Positions 51,719-61,114 of a stretch of 64,000 nt of DNA are shown piece by piece. A model generated the notes under the pieces. The model had not been told where the DNA came from. It ran no database searches and worked only from the letters and a program-made list of their open reading frames with translations. Made by a program: the position numbers and the translations under genes. This DNA is from Chloroflexota bacterium (GTDB taxonomy: Bacteria > Chloroflexota > UBA11872 > UBA12225), in the NCBI GenBank assembly GCA_030447525.1, contig JAUJOR010000001.1, forward strand, positions 299,466 through 363,465, given 5' to 3'. Numbering within the stretch: the first letter of the stretch is position 1; each line of letters opens with the position of its first letter.

Positions 51719-52732
51719 ATGCGCGCCGTGCTGCCCCATCTCGCCGCCAGACCGTTTCCCGCGCTGCGTCGCGGCGTCCTGGAGACGCTCCAGGTCAACC
51801 TGGGGTACCGCTGTAACTTGCAGTGCGTCCACTGCCACGTGAATGCCGGCCCCCGACGCATGGAGATGATGGGGCGGGAGACGGCCGAGCAGGTGATCGC
51901 CTACCTGCGCCGGGCAGGGATTAGGACGCTGGATCTGACCGGCGGTGCCCCGGAGCTCAACCCGCACTTTCGCTCCCTCGTGGAGAGGGCCCGTGCCCTT
52001 GGCGTGCGCGTGATTGACCGCTGCAACCTCACCGTGCTGTGGGAGCCGGGCCAGGAAGACCTGGCGGCGTTCCTCGCCGCCAACGGCGTGGAGGTGGTGG
52101 CCTCCCTCCCCTGCTACCTGGAGGAGAACGTCGACCAGCAGCGCGGGCGGGGTGTGTTCGAAGGGAGCGTCCAGGGATTGCTCCGCCTGAATGCGCTGGG
52201 CTATGGGCGGCCCGGCTCGGGCCTCATCCTGGACCTGGTGTACAACCCCATCGAGCCGCAGCTCCCGCCGCCACAGGCGGAGCTGGAGCAGGACTACCAC
52301 GACGAGCTGGAGCGGCGCTTCGGGATCGTATTCAACCGCCTCTACACGCTGGCCAACATGCCCATCCAGCGCTTTGGGAGCCTGTTGCTCTCTACGGGTC
52401 GCTTCGACGAGTACATGGCCCTGCTCCAGGGAGCGCATCGGGACGAGAACCTGGATACCGTGATGTGCCGCTCGCTGATGAGCGTGGACTGGCAGGGCCA
52501 CGTCTACGATTGTGACTTCAACCAGATGCTCGGACTCCCCCTGACCCTCGAGGGGGCGGACGAGGAAGCAGGGGGCGGGCACGGGAGTGGCCGGAGCGGC
52601 CGGAGCGGTCGGCGGGTGCACCTCACCGAGCTGTCGAGTGCCCAGCTGGAAGGCAACGTCATCGCCGTCGCGGGGCACTGCTACGGCTGCACCGCCGGGC
52701 AGGGGAGCAGCTGCAGCGGCGCGCTGGCCTAG
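51719..52732 (+). CDS. arsS: ArsS-family radical SAM protein (DUF3641 C-terminus)
   Basis: TLQVNLGYRCNLQCVHCHVNAGP, DLTGGAPELNP, DCDFNQML, HCYGCTAGQGSSC. Confidence 0.88.
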   Translation: MRAVLPHLAARPFPALRRGVLETLQVNLGYRCNLQCVHCHVNAGPRRMEMMGRETAEQVIAYLRRAGIRTLDLTGGAPELNPHFRSLVERARALGVRVIDRCNLTVLWEPGQEDLAAFLAANGVEVVASLPCYLEENVDQQRGRGVFEGSVQGLLRLNALGYGRPGSGLILDLVYNPIEPQLPPPQAELEQDYHDELERRFGIVFNRLYTLANMPIQRFGSLLLSTGRFDEYMALLQGAHRDENLDTVMCRSLMSVDWQGHVYDCDFNQMLGLPLTLEGADEEAGGGHGSGRSGRSGRRVHLTELSSAQLEGNVIAVAGHCYGCTAGQGSSCSGALA

Positions 52733-52739
52733 GGTGCCC

Positions 52740-53681
52740 CTAGGCGAACCCCAGGCGGCGCTCTTTCAGGGAGATGTACCCTTCTCGCCCCGGGCCGGGC
52801 CGCCCGACGACGACGTGGTCGAGCACCTCGATGTCCAGCAGCCGTCCGGCGTCGGCGGCGTCTGTGGTGATGCGGACGTCCTCGGGGGAGGGAGTGGGAT
52901 CGCCGCTGGGGTGATTGTGGACGACGATCACGGCGGCGGCGTTCTCCCGGATGGCGTCACGGAACAGCTCGGCCACGCGGACGGTGCTGGCGTTCAGCGT
53001 TCCGCGGTACACCTCGCGCACGGCCATGACGTGGTTCTTGGTGTTGAGCAGGACGACCCGCAGGTGCTCTCAATCCAGCAGGGTCATCTCGGACGCGACG
53101 AGATGGTAGACGTCACGCGGGGAATGGATCTCCGTGCGCTGCGCCGGCTCTAGGGCCGTCAGGCGGCGCCCCAGCTCGAGGGCGGCTTGCACCTCCGCCG
53201 CCTTGACCGGGCCGACGCCGGCCAGGCCTTTCAGCTCTACGGTGGAAGCCTTGGCCAGGCCGGCCAGGCCGGCCAGGCCGCCCAGGCGGGCCAGCGCCCG
53301 GTTGGCCACGTCCAGGGCGCTTTCCCGGGACCGGCCCGAGCTGCCGGTGCGCCAGATGATGGCCAGCAGCTCGCCGTTGCTGAGGTGCTCCGGCCCGTAG
53401 CGGGCGAGGCGCTCCCGCGGGCGCTCGCTGCTGGGCATGTCCCGGATCAAGAGGTACTCCCGACCGGTGGCCGCCGGGGCGCCGCTCGGCCCTGCCCCGT
53501 TCACTGAGCGGGCATCTGGTCCGGGGCCGGTGGCCTGCCCGGACGTTTCAGTAGTGGTGTTCGGGCTCGTCCCTCTGGGGACTGCGGGGGCTCTGGGGGC
53601 TCTGGGGGCTGCTCGCCCCGGTTTGGGAGCAGACCGGCGGGAGCTGGCGCGCAGCACGGCGGAGGACGTCGCTCGGGGCAT
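52740..53681 (-). pseudogene. radC: RadC (JAB domain) with internal nonsense codon
   Basis: ERPRERL...ELLAI...GVGPVKA...ELGRR...[15 protein letters not shown]...[13 protein letters not shown]...DHVV; in-frame TGA at 53072-53070. Confidence 0.9.
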
Positions 53682-55480
53682 GTCAGTCGGTATCGTACCC
53701 GGACGGCGGCCGGCGTACCATCAGCCTCCGTCCCTCCACCCCGCTCTGAACAGGCGGCCCGGCGGCGAGCCGGGAGGGGAGGGGGCACCGAGAGCGGCCC
53801 TCTACCGGCACCGCTTCCGCCTCCTGGCCGGGCTGACGCTCCTGGCCTTGCTCCTGCGCATCTGGGCCCTCGACCAGTCGCCCCTCGGCCTGGATCCGGG
53901 CGAAGCCTCCATTGGCTACAACGCCTACTCCGTCTTGCGCACCGGCCGAGACGAGTACGGCTAGCCGTGGCCCCTGACCTTCCGGGCTTTTGGCGAGTAC
54001 AAGCGCCCGGCCTACGTCTACGCCGCCATCCCAGGTATCGCCCTCTTGGGCCCGACGCCGGCCGGCGTCCGCATCGCGGCCGCCGTCGCCGGGACGCTGT
54101 CGGTTCCGGCGCTCTACGCCGTGGCCACGCTCCTGCTGCGGAGCTGGCGGGGGGCGCTGGTGGCGGCGACCATGCTCGCCCTCTCGCCCTGGCACCTCCA
54201 GTTCACCCGGGCCGCTCGAGAGGCCAGCCTGCTCGTCCTGGCCATCCTCTTGCTCGCCGGGGCCTTGCTGCGGGCGTGGCACGCGCCTCCCGCCGAGCGC
54301 CCCGGTCGCCCGGCCGGCTCCAACCTCCTGTACGTCGGCGCCGCCCTGGCCTTTCTCCTGGCGGTGTACAGCTACCCCGGTGGCCTCCTCTTCACCCCGC
54401 TGCTCGTGCTCGTCCTGGTATGGGCCTACGGGAGCCGGGTGCGCCGCCGGCCGCGAGCGTGGCTGGGAGCCGCCCTGGCCATTGCCGCCCTGGGTCTGGT
54501 GCCCCTGGTGGTACAGCTCACCGATGGCCGGGCGCGGGCGGGCCTCAGCCAGGCCTCGATCTTCAACTTCCCGGCGGTGCGTCAGCTGGCCGAAGCCCGC
54601 GTCGCACGCGACCGTCGGGAAGGTGCCCCGCGGCTGCTCAACAGCTCGATGATGGTGGCCCTGCGCCAGGCGGTCAACGCCTATCTGACTCACTTCGACC
54701 CGACCTATCTCTTCACCCGCGGGGACGCCGAGTGGCGCCACCACTCCAGCGACGCCGGCCAGCTGTACTTGTGGGACGTGCCCCTCCTGGGGATTGGCCT
54801 GGTGAGGGTCGCCCGAGGCTGGCGACGCCCGGCGGCGATGCGCGCCATCGGGGCCTGGCTGCTGATCGGCCCGTTGCCGGTGGCGTTCGCCGAGAACGCC
54901 CCCCACGCCGTGCGGTCGATCGTCATGCTCCCGGCGTGGTACCTCCTGGCGGCCGCCGGTGTGTCCCCCCCCTGTGGCGCTGGCTCCGGCGCCGGGGCTA
55001 TGAGCGAGACTGGTTGCTGCTTCTCGTCCTGAGCCTGGCCTTCTCTATACCTTCTACCGCTACTACCCCATTGAGCACGCCCCATCCTGGCAAAGCGGGA
55101 TGCTGGAGGGCTTTCGCGCGGCGCAGGCGGAGGTAGACGCCGGACGCTACCGGCGCGTCGTCATCCCCCAGGAGATGTCTCCTTCGTACATCTACGCCCT
55201 CTATGCCAATGGCTATGACCCGCACTCCTACCTGACCCAGGGCGGCAGTGTCGTCGACCCCAGCGGCCCGTTCTTCCCTGCACCCGGCCCGCTGCAGTTT
55301 CGCCCCTACGAGGTGCGGGTGGTGGACTGGCGCACCGAGCCGCGGCTCCCGGAGGTGCTCTACGTCTTGGAAGCCTCGAACCGTCTACCCCCGGGGCTGG
55401 AGGTGGTCAAGGTGGTCAAGGTGGTCAAGGGCGTGGGGGGCCGGGATAGGCTGCAGCTCGTGGCCGCCCCGGGCGGGTGA
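53680..55480 (+). pseudogene. ArnT/PMT-family glycosyltransferase pseudogene
   Basis: EASIGYNAYSVLRTGRDEYG*PWPLTFRAFGEYK (TAG 53962-53964); frameshift near the C8 run 54965-54972 and another near 55045; resumes FYRYYPIEHAPSWQSGML. Confidence 0.82.
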
Positions 55481-55491
55481 TACGTCCCAGG

Positions 55492-55707
55492 CTAAGACCT
55501 CAGGGCGCCCAGCAGCAGCTCGGCGCTGCAAACGCTGAGATAGGCGACGCCGAAGACGGCGACCGCCGTCCCCAGGAGCACCCTCAGGGCGCCGGCGTCG
55601 AGCAGCCCGGGGTCGTCCGTGACCAGGAGGCTGACCACGGCCAGGGTGATGGCCAGGGCGCAGGTCACGCGCCCGGTGAAGGTGCGGGCGATGTGGAGCC
55701 GGCTCAC
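55492..55707 (-). CDS. Small two-TM hypothetical protein
   Basis: 71 aa with two hydrophobic segments. Confidence 0.45.
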   Translation of the reverse strand: MSRLHIARTFTGRVTCALAITLAVVSLLVTDDPGLLDAGALRVLLGTAVAVFGVAYLSVCSAELLLGALRS

Positions 55708-55905
55708 GTCTCTACGTACGCCCCGGCATGTTGGTGCGGTGCCCCCTTCGAAGCCCTAGGGCTTCGCGCTCCACGAACGTCCCGGCCGGTACATAGGGGA
55801 CGATGATACGGGCCGGGTGGAGGCTGTTACCATCCCACCAGGGGCTTGGCACGGCGCGGACGCCGTCGTTGAACGAGGGAAGGGACAGGGAGAGCGGCAG
55901 GGGGA

Positions 55906-57492
55906 ATGGCACCAAGCGGACGGCGAGACCTGCGCGTCGGCATGGCCTCCCTGGCGGCACGGGCGGCGGCGACGGCATCGCGGGTGTTGAAGCGGGGGGG
56001 CGGGACGGCCCTGCCCGGCCTGATCGCCGAGCGTGTCGCGCCGGGGCTCCTGGCCCACCTGGCCGGCCAACTCCCGGGCGGCGTGGTGGTAGTCACCGGG
56101 ACGAACGGGAAGACCACCACCAGCCACATGCTGGCAGCTATCTTCCACCGGGCGGGGCTGTCTCCGGTGCGTAACGCCTCCGGCTCCAACCTCTCGCGCG
56201 GGATCGCGGCGGCCCTGGCCGTGCACGCCGACTGGACGGGGCGCCTGCGTCTCCGGCCGGCCGCTCCGCCGGGTGGGGGCTCCCCAGGGGCCGGCCTCTC
56301 TGCGCAGCGAGACGCGAGGCACGGCGGAGCGGTGGGCCTCTTCGAGACCGACGAGGCGGCGTTCGCTCGTGTCGTGCCGGCGGTGCAGCCGGGCGTGGTG
56401 GTGGTCACGAACCTGTTCCGCGACCAGCTTGACCGCTACGGGGAGGTGGACACGGTGGCGGCGATCTGGCGCACTGCCCTCTCCGCCCCCGCCCGGGGCA
56501 GCACGCCGGGCACGCTCGTGCTCAACGTAGACGACCCCACGGTGGCCTCGTTAGCCCCGCCAGGGGACGAGGGGGCGCCAGTGCCGCCGGTCGGGGGCAC
56601 CGCGGGGGCCCTCTTGTTTGGCATCGAGGATGCCCGCTGGGGGCACCCGGGCCCGGAGCACGCGGCCGATGCCAAGGTCTGTCCTCGATGCGGCGCGCGC
56701 CTGGAGTACCCGGTGTGCTTTTACGGGCATCTGGGTCACTACCACTGCCCCAACGGGCACCGCCGCCCGGCGCCGGCGGTCAGCGCGACGCGCCTGGAGC
56801 CGCACGGCTTTGACGGCACCGATCTGACCTTGACCACGCCGGCCGGGGAGCTCGCCTTCCGTCTCCCCCTGCCCGGCCTCTACAACGTCTACAATGCCCT
56901 GGCCGCCGCCGCCGGGGCGCTCGCCACCGGCGTCCCGCTCTCCGCCGTGCGTGAGGGCCTGGCCGGCTTTACAGCCGCCTTTGGTCGCCTGGAGCGCGTC
57001 CAGGTGGGGGCGCACGTCGTCTACCTCGTCCTGGCCAAGAACCCTGTGGGGATGAATGAGGCCTTGCGCACGCTCTTCGCCGATGGCCGGCCAAAGCACC
57101 TCTTGATGGCCCTGAACGACCTGGACGCCGACGGGCGGGACGTATCCTGGATCTGGGATGCCGACTTCGAGCACGTCGCCGGCCAGGCGGCCAGCCTGAC
57201 CGTCTCCGGCCGGCGCGCCGAGGAGCTGGCCATGCGCCTCAAGTATGCCGGGGTGGCCGGCGGGACGGCGCTGGAGATCGAGCCCGACCTGCGCCGGGCC
57301 CTGGATCGGGCTCTGGCCATGATGCCCGCCGGGGAGACGCTCTACGCCGTGCTGACCTACACCGCCATGTTGGGGCTGCGCCACGTCCTCGCCGAGCGCG
57401 GCCACCTGATGGCCTACTGGGACGAGGGGGCCGACGTTTCAGGTCTCAATTCCCAGGTCTCACGTCTCACGTCAGGTATGGAACGACCATGA
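55906..57492 (+). CDS. murT: Lipid II isoglutaminyl synthase subunit MurT (Mur ligase, DUF1727)
   Basis: GGGTALPG, TGTNGKTTT, NLFRDQLDRYGE, CPRC...YHCPNG, LAKNP, DGRDVSWIWD, TYTAM. Confidence 0.93.
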   Translation: MAPSGRRDLRVGMASLAARAAATASRVLKRGGGTALPGLIAERVAPGLLAHLAGQLPGGVVVVTGTNGKTTTSHMLAAIFHRAGLSPVRNASGSNLSRGIAAALAVHADWTGRLRLRPAAPPGGGSPGAGLSAQRDARHGGAVGLFETDEAAFARVVPAVQPGVVVVTNLFRDQLDRYGEVDTVAAIWRTALSAPARGSTPGTLVLNVDDPTVASLAPPGDEGAPVPPVGGTAGALLFGIEDARWGHPGPEHAADAKVCPRCGARLEYPVCFYGHLGHYHCPNGHRRPAPAVSATRLEPHGFDGTDLTLTTPAGELAFRLPLPGLYNVYNALAAAAGALATGVPLSAVREGLAGFTAAFGRLERVQVGAHVVYLVLAKNPVGMNEALRTLFADGRPKHLLMALNDLDADGRDVSWIWDADFEHVAGQAASLTVSGRRAEELAMRLKYAGVAGGTALEIEPDLRRALDRALAMMPAGETLYAVLTYTAMLGLRHVLAERGHLMAYWDEGADVSGLNSQVSRLTSGMERP

Positions 57493-58382
57493 AACTAGTG
57501 CTCGGCCACCTCTATGGCGATCTCCTGAACCTGTACGCCGATCGGGGAAACATCATCGCCCTGCAACAGCGCTGCGCCTGGCGTGGCGTCGACCTGGAGG
57601 TGCGCCAGATCGGGATCGGCGAGGCCGTGCGGCCGGACGCCCTCGATCTCCTCTTCATGGGGGGCGGGCAGGACGGCGACCAGCGCCTCATGGCCGACGA
57701 CCTTTTCCGGCTCAAGGCCGACGCCCTGCGCGGGGCGCTCGTTGACGGCCTGCCTATGCTCGCCGTCTGTGGGGGGTATCAGCTCTTTGGGGAGTACTAC
57801 CAGCCGGCGGAGGGCCCGCCCCTCCCTGGGCTGGGGCTGTTCGACCTGCACACGGTGCACCCCGGGCCCCGCGTCCGGCGCTGCATCGGGAACGTCGTGG
57901 TGGAGTGGTTGACGGCGGGGACCGTAGACCAGTCGCACGTCTCGAGCCGCGAGTCGCACGTCTCAGCTGCCGAGACGGGACCGGGGGCGAGACTTGTGAC
58001 TCGGGCGCCCGCCCCGGCACCCCTTGGGCGCGGCGCGACCCCGCCGGTGCGGCGCACCACGCTCGTCGGCTTCGAGAACCATGGGGGGCGCACCTACCTC
58101 GGTCCAGGGGCGCGGCCCCTGGGGCGCGTCATCAGCGGGCACGGCAACAATGCGCGGGACGGCACGGAAGGGGCCGTCGTCCACCAGGCGTACGGCACGT
58201 ACCTCCACGGGTCGCTGCTGCCGAAGAACCCTCACCTGGCCGACCACTTACTGACGCTGGCCCTGCGGCGGCGCCACCCGGGGGCGACGCTGGCCCCGCT
58301 GGACGATACCGCGGAGTGGCGGGCCCACGAGGCCATAGTGAAGCGATATGGCCGGCGGGGGGCGGTGCGTCGAGCGGCCTGA
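57489..58382 (+). CDS. gatD: Lipid II isoglutaminyl synthase subunit GatD (CobQ-like glutaminase)
   Basis: HLYGDLLNLYADRGN, GGGQD, VCGGYQL, GFENHGG, TYLHGSLLPKNP. Confidence 0.93.
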   Translation: MKLVLGHLYGDLLNLYADRGNIIALQQRCAWRGVDLEVRQIGIGEAVRPDALDLLFMGGGQDGDQRLMADDLFRLKADALRGALVDGLPMLAVCGGYQLFGEYYQPAEGPPLPGLGLFDLHTVHPGPRVRRCIGNVVVEWLTAGTVDQSHVSSRESHVSAAETGPGARLVTRAPAPAPLGRGATPPVRRTTLVGFENHGGRTYLGPGARPLGRVISGHGNNARDGTEGAVVHQAYGTYLHGSLLPKNPHLADHLLTLALRRRHPGATLAPLDDTAEWRAHEAIVKRYGRRGAVRRAA

Positions 58383-58397
58383 AGGGCCTGAGACCTC

Positions 58398-60170
58398 ATG
58401 AACCTGGACGCCCTGGCACTTGGCGCCGTGTGCGCCGAACTGCGCCGCACTATCCTGGGTGGACGGGTGCAGCACGTGCATCTCCCGGACGAGCATGGCC
58501 TGGCGATGGAGCTCTACGCCGCGGGTCAGGCGCGCTGGCTCTATGCCTCGGCCCACCCACAGCGCGCCCGGCTGCACCTGGTCACGTCCCGGCCGCCGCG
58601 CCCCTCGGACGACGTGACGCCAGTCCTGCTCATGTTACGGAAATACGTGCACGAGGGCCGGCTGGACGGCGTGCGGCAGCCGGCCCTCGAGCGGATCGTC
58701 CATCTGCAGTTCAGCAAGCGTGCGCCGTCCGGCGCGATCTGGCGCACCACGCTGGTGGTCGAGCTGATGGGACGACAAAGCAACCTCATCCTCCTGGACG
58801 AGGATGGCACGGTGATGGACGCAACGAAGCGCGTCGGGCCGCAGCAGAGCCGCAGCCGGGTGGTGCTACCGCAGCGGCGCTACGATCCGCCAGCGATGCC
58901 AGAGCGCCTCGATCCCCGCCGGGTACAGGAGGGTGACCTGGCTCTGCGTGGGGCCACGGCCGCGCCGGAGCAGCCCCTGCGCCAGCTCCTCGTAGGTGCC
59001 GTGCAGGCCTGCAGCCCTCTGCTGGCCCGGGAGGTAGTCTACGGCGTCCACGGCGACGCCGGAGCCACGGTGGGGCGCGACGGCTGGGAGGGGCTGGCCG
59101 CAGGGCTGCGGGAGGTGTGGGGGGCGTCCGAAGAGGGACGTTGGGCGCCGACGGCGGCCTTCGAGGGGGAGCGCCTCGTCGCCTACGCCGCCTACCCGTT
59201 GCGGAGCTTCCCGGACGTCCGTCCGGCGCCGAGCATCAGCCGGGCCATCGAGCGCTGGTTCGAGGAAGCGGCGCCGGCGGCGGGGCCGGAAGGCCCCCTC
59301 CAGGTGGGTACCCTGCAGGCGCGCAAGGCCCCCCTGCGCCAGGCGCTGGAAGGGGCCCGTGACCGGCTGCGGGCCAAGCGCTACTCCCTGCAGCAGGGGC
59401 TGATCGACGAGGCGGAGGTGATCCGGCTGCGCCGCGCCGGGGAGCACCTCCTGGCCTTTGGCCGAGAGCTGGCGCCTGGTACAGATCGCTTCAGCCTGCC
59501 GGATGACTCCACGACGCTGGCGGCCGACCCGACGCTCAGCGCGGTAGAGAACGCCCAGCGGTATTTCTCCCGCTACGCCAAGGCCAAGGGGGCCGCGCGG
59601 GAGGTACCGGCGCTCCTCGCCGCCACGGAGCACGAGCTGCGCTACCTGGACGAGGCGCTGACCCACCTCGACCTGGCCGAAGGGCCGGACGAGATCGCCG
59701 GCCTGCGGGCGGAGTGGGGGGAGCTGGGGTACCTCGGGGCCGGCGGACGCCCAAAATCCAGGGGCGGGGCTACCGGCAAGACCAGGCGACGCCAGCCGGA
59801 CCGGCACCAGGGCCGAGGGGCGGCGCCGTACCGCCGCCTGGTGATCGACGGCTTCGAGGTGCTGGTGGGGCGGAGCGGGAAAGGGAACGACGCCCTCCTG
59901 TCGCGCGACGGGCACCCCGCCGACCTCTGGCTGCACGCCCGGGGCCTACCCGGAGGGCACGTCCTCATTCGCACCGCCGGGCGCCCCGTACCGGACCCGG
60001 TTCTACGCCAGGCGGCAGGGATCGCCGCCGGTCAGAGCCAGGGCCGCACCGCCCCCACGGTCGCCGTCGACTACACCCTGCGCAAGTACGTCGACCGGAT
60101 CAAGGGGGCCCCACCGGGGTTGGTCACCTATAGGGGGGAGCGGACGATCCACGTCCCGCCAGCTGAGTAG
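58398..60170 (+). CDS. rqcH: Ribosome quality control protein RqcH / NFACT (FbpA-like)
   Basis: LRKY.GRL..V.Q..LER, ELMGRQSNLIL, ENAQRYF.RY.KAK, DLWLHARGLPGGHV, VDYT. Confidence 0.9.
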   Translation: MNLDALALGAVCAELRRTILGGRVQHVHLPDEHGLAMELYAAGQARWLYASAHPQRARLHLVTSRPPRPSDDVTPVLLMLRKYVHEGRLDGVRQPALERIVHLQFSKRAPSGAIWRTTLVVELMGRQSNLILLDEDGTVMDATKRVGPQQSRSRVVLPQRRYDPPAMPERLDPRRVQEGDLALRGATAAPEQPLRQLLVGAVQACSPLLAREVVYGVHGDAGATVGRDGWEGLAAGLREVWGASEEGRWAPTAAFEGERLVAYAAYPLRSFPDVRPAPSISRAIERWFEEAAPAAGPEGPLQVGTLQARKAPLRQALEGARDRLRAKRYSLQQGLIDEAEVIRLRRAGEHLLAFGRELAPGTDRFSLPDDSTTLAADPTLSAVENAQRYFSRYAKAKGAAREVPALLAATEHELRYLDEALTHLDLAEGPDEIAGLRAEWGELGYLGAGGRPKSRGGATGKTRRRQPDRHQGRGAAPYRRLVIDGFEVLVGRSGKGNDALLSRDGHPADLWLHARGLPGGHVLIRTAGRPVPDPVLRQAAGIAAGQSQGRTAPTVAVDYTLRKYVDRIKGAPPGLVTYRGERTIHVPPAE

Positions 60171-60234
60171 GAGCGCGTCGGACGTCCCCGACCCGCCAGG
60201 AGAGCGCTGGCGCCGAGCGCAGGGCGCCCGGCGC

Positions 60235-61059
60235 TCAAGGACGGCGGGCGACGAAGATGGCCCGGGGCGACGTGCGGGTAAGCGGGTCGCCCCGGTAGGT
60301 GCCATATGTCGCCTCCACGGCGTACCCCTCCCGCTCCAGCAGGGCCCGCACCTGATCCGGCTCCGCCAGGCGCAAGCGGTAGGTAAACTGGGCCAGCCGG
60401 CTGGCCGGGGCGTCGCTGAGAGGTTCGGCGGCGTAGTAGCGCACCTCCGAGACGCCCTGCCGGCGTGCGGGATCGTAGGTGTAGTCCTTGATGCGCAGTA
60501 CGGTCTGGCCCTGCCAGGGCAGGGCGAGGCGCTGGGTGATTCCGGTCTCGTTCTGCCGGTCGTCGTCGTTCGGTGGGAACACGTCCAGGACGAAGCGCCC
60601 TTCCGGGGCCAGGTGGCGGGCGACGGCGCGCAGGCAGCTCGCCTGGCCCGCCTCGTTGTCCAGGAGCCAGAAGGAGTTGTAGGCGATAAAGACGAGGCCG
60701 AACTGGCGCCCAGGGAGATCAAAGGCGGCCATGTCCGCTTCCACCCAGTCCAGTCGGGCGGCCACGGACGGGGGGAGGCGAGCGCAGCGCGCCCGGGCGC
60801 GTTCCAGCATCCCGGGGGCGCGCTCCAGGCCGGTGACCCGGTGTCCCTTACGCGCCAGGGCGATGGCAACACGGCCGCTCCCGGCGGCGAGCTCGAGGAC
60901 GGCGCCGCCGGAGGTGCCGGCCAGCTGGTGCCAGAAGCCGAGCTCTGCCCCCCGGCAGGCGGGATGCTCCAGGTCATACAGGCGGGCGATCGTCCCCCAG
61001 TCTTCCTGCGAGGGAGGGTCGCTGCTCTGGTAGACTCGGCGCCCAGCGCCCGGGCGCAT
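60235..61059 (-). CDS. Class I SAM-dependent methyltransferase
   Basis: ARLYD, VLELAAGSGRV, ADMAAF, HLAPEGRFVLD; start approximate. Confidence 0.88.
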   Translation of the reverse strand: MRPGAGRRVYQSSDPPSQEDWGTIARLYDLEHPACRGAELGFWHQLAGTSGGAVLELAAGSGRVAIALARKGHRVTGLERAPGMLERARARCARLPPSVAARLDWVEADMAAFDLPGRQFGLVFIAYNSFWLLDNEAGQASCLRAVARHLAPEGRFVLDVFPPNDDDRQNETGITQRLALPWQGQTVLRIKDYTYDPARRQGVSEVRYYAAEPLSDAPASRLAQFTYRLRLAEPDQVRALLEREGYAVEATYGTYRGDPLTRTSPRAIFVARRP

Positions 61060-61114
61060 GGCCAGGCGCACCGTACGTTCTGACGCGCTGTTCTTGGAGG
61101 AGGACACAAAGGAC

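Noticed and set aside
53070..53072. TGA in radC as selenocysteine or alternative genetic code
   Set aside because: The position is normally Gln/Arg, not Cys, and TGA is an ordinary stop in many genes here (purQ, purS, secD, secF).
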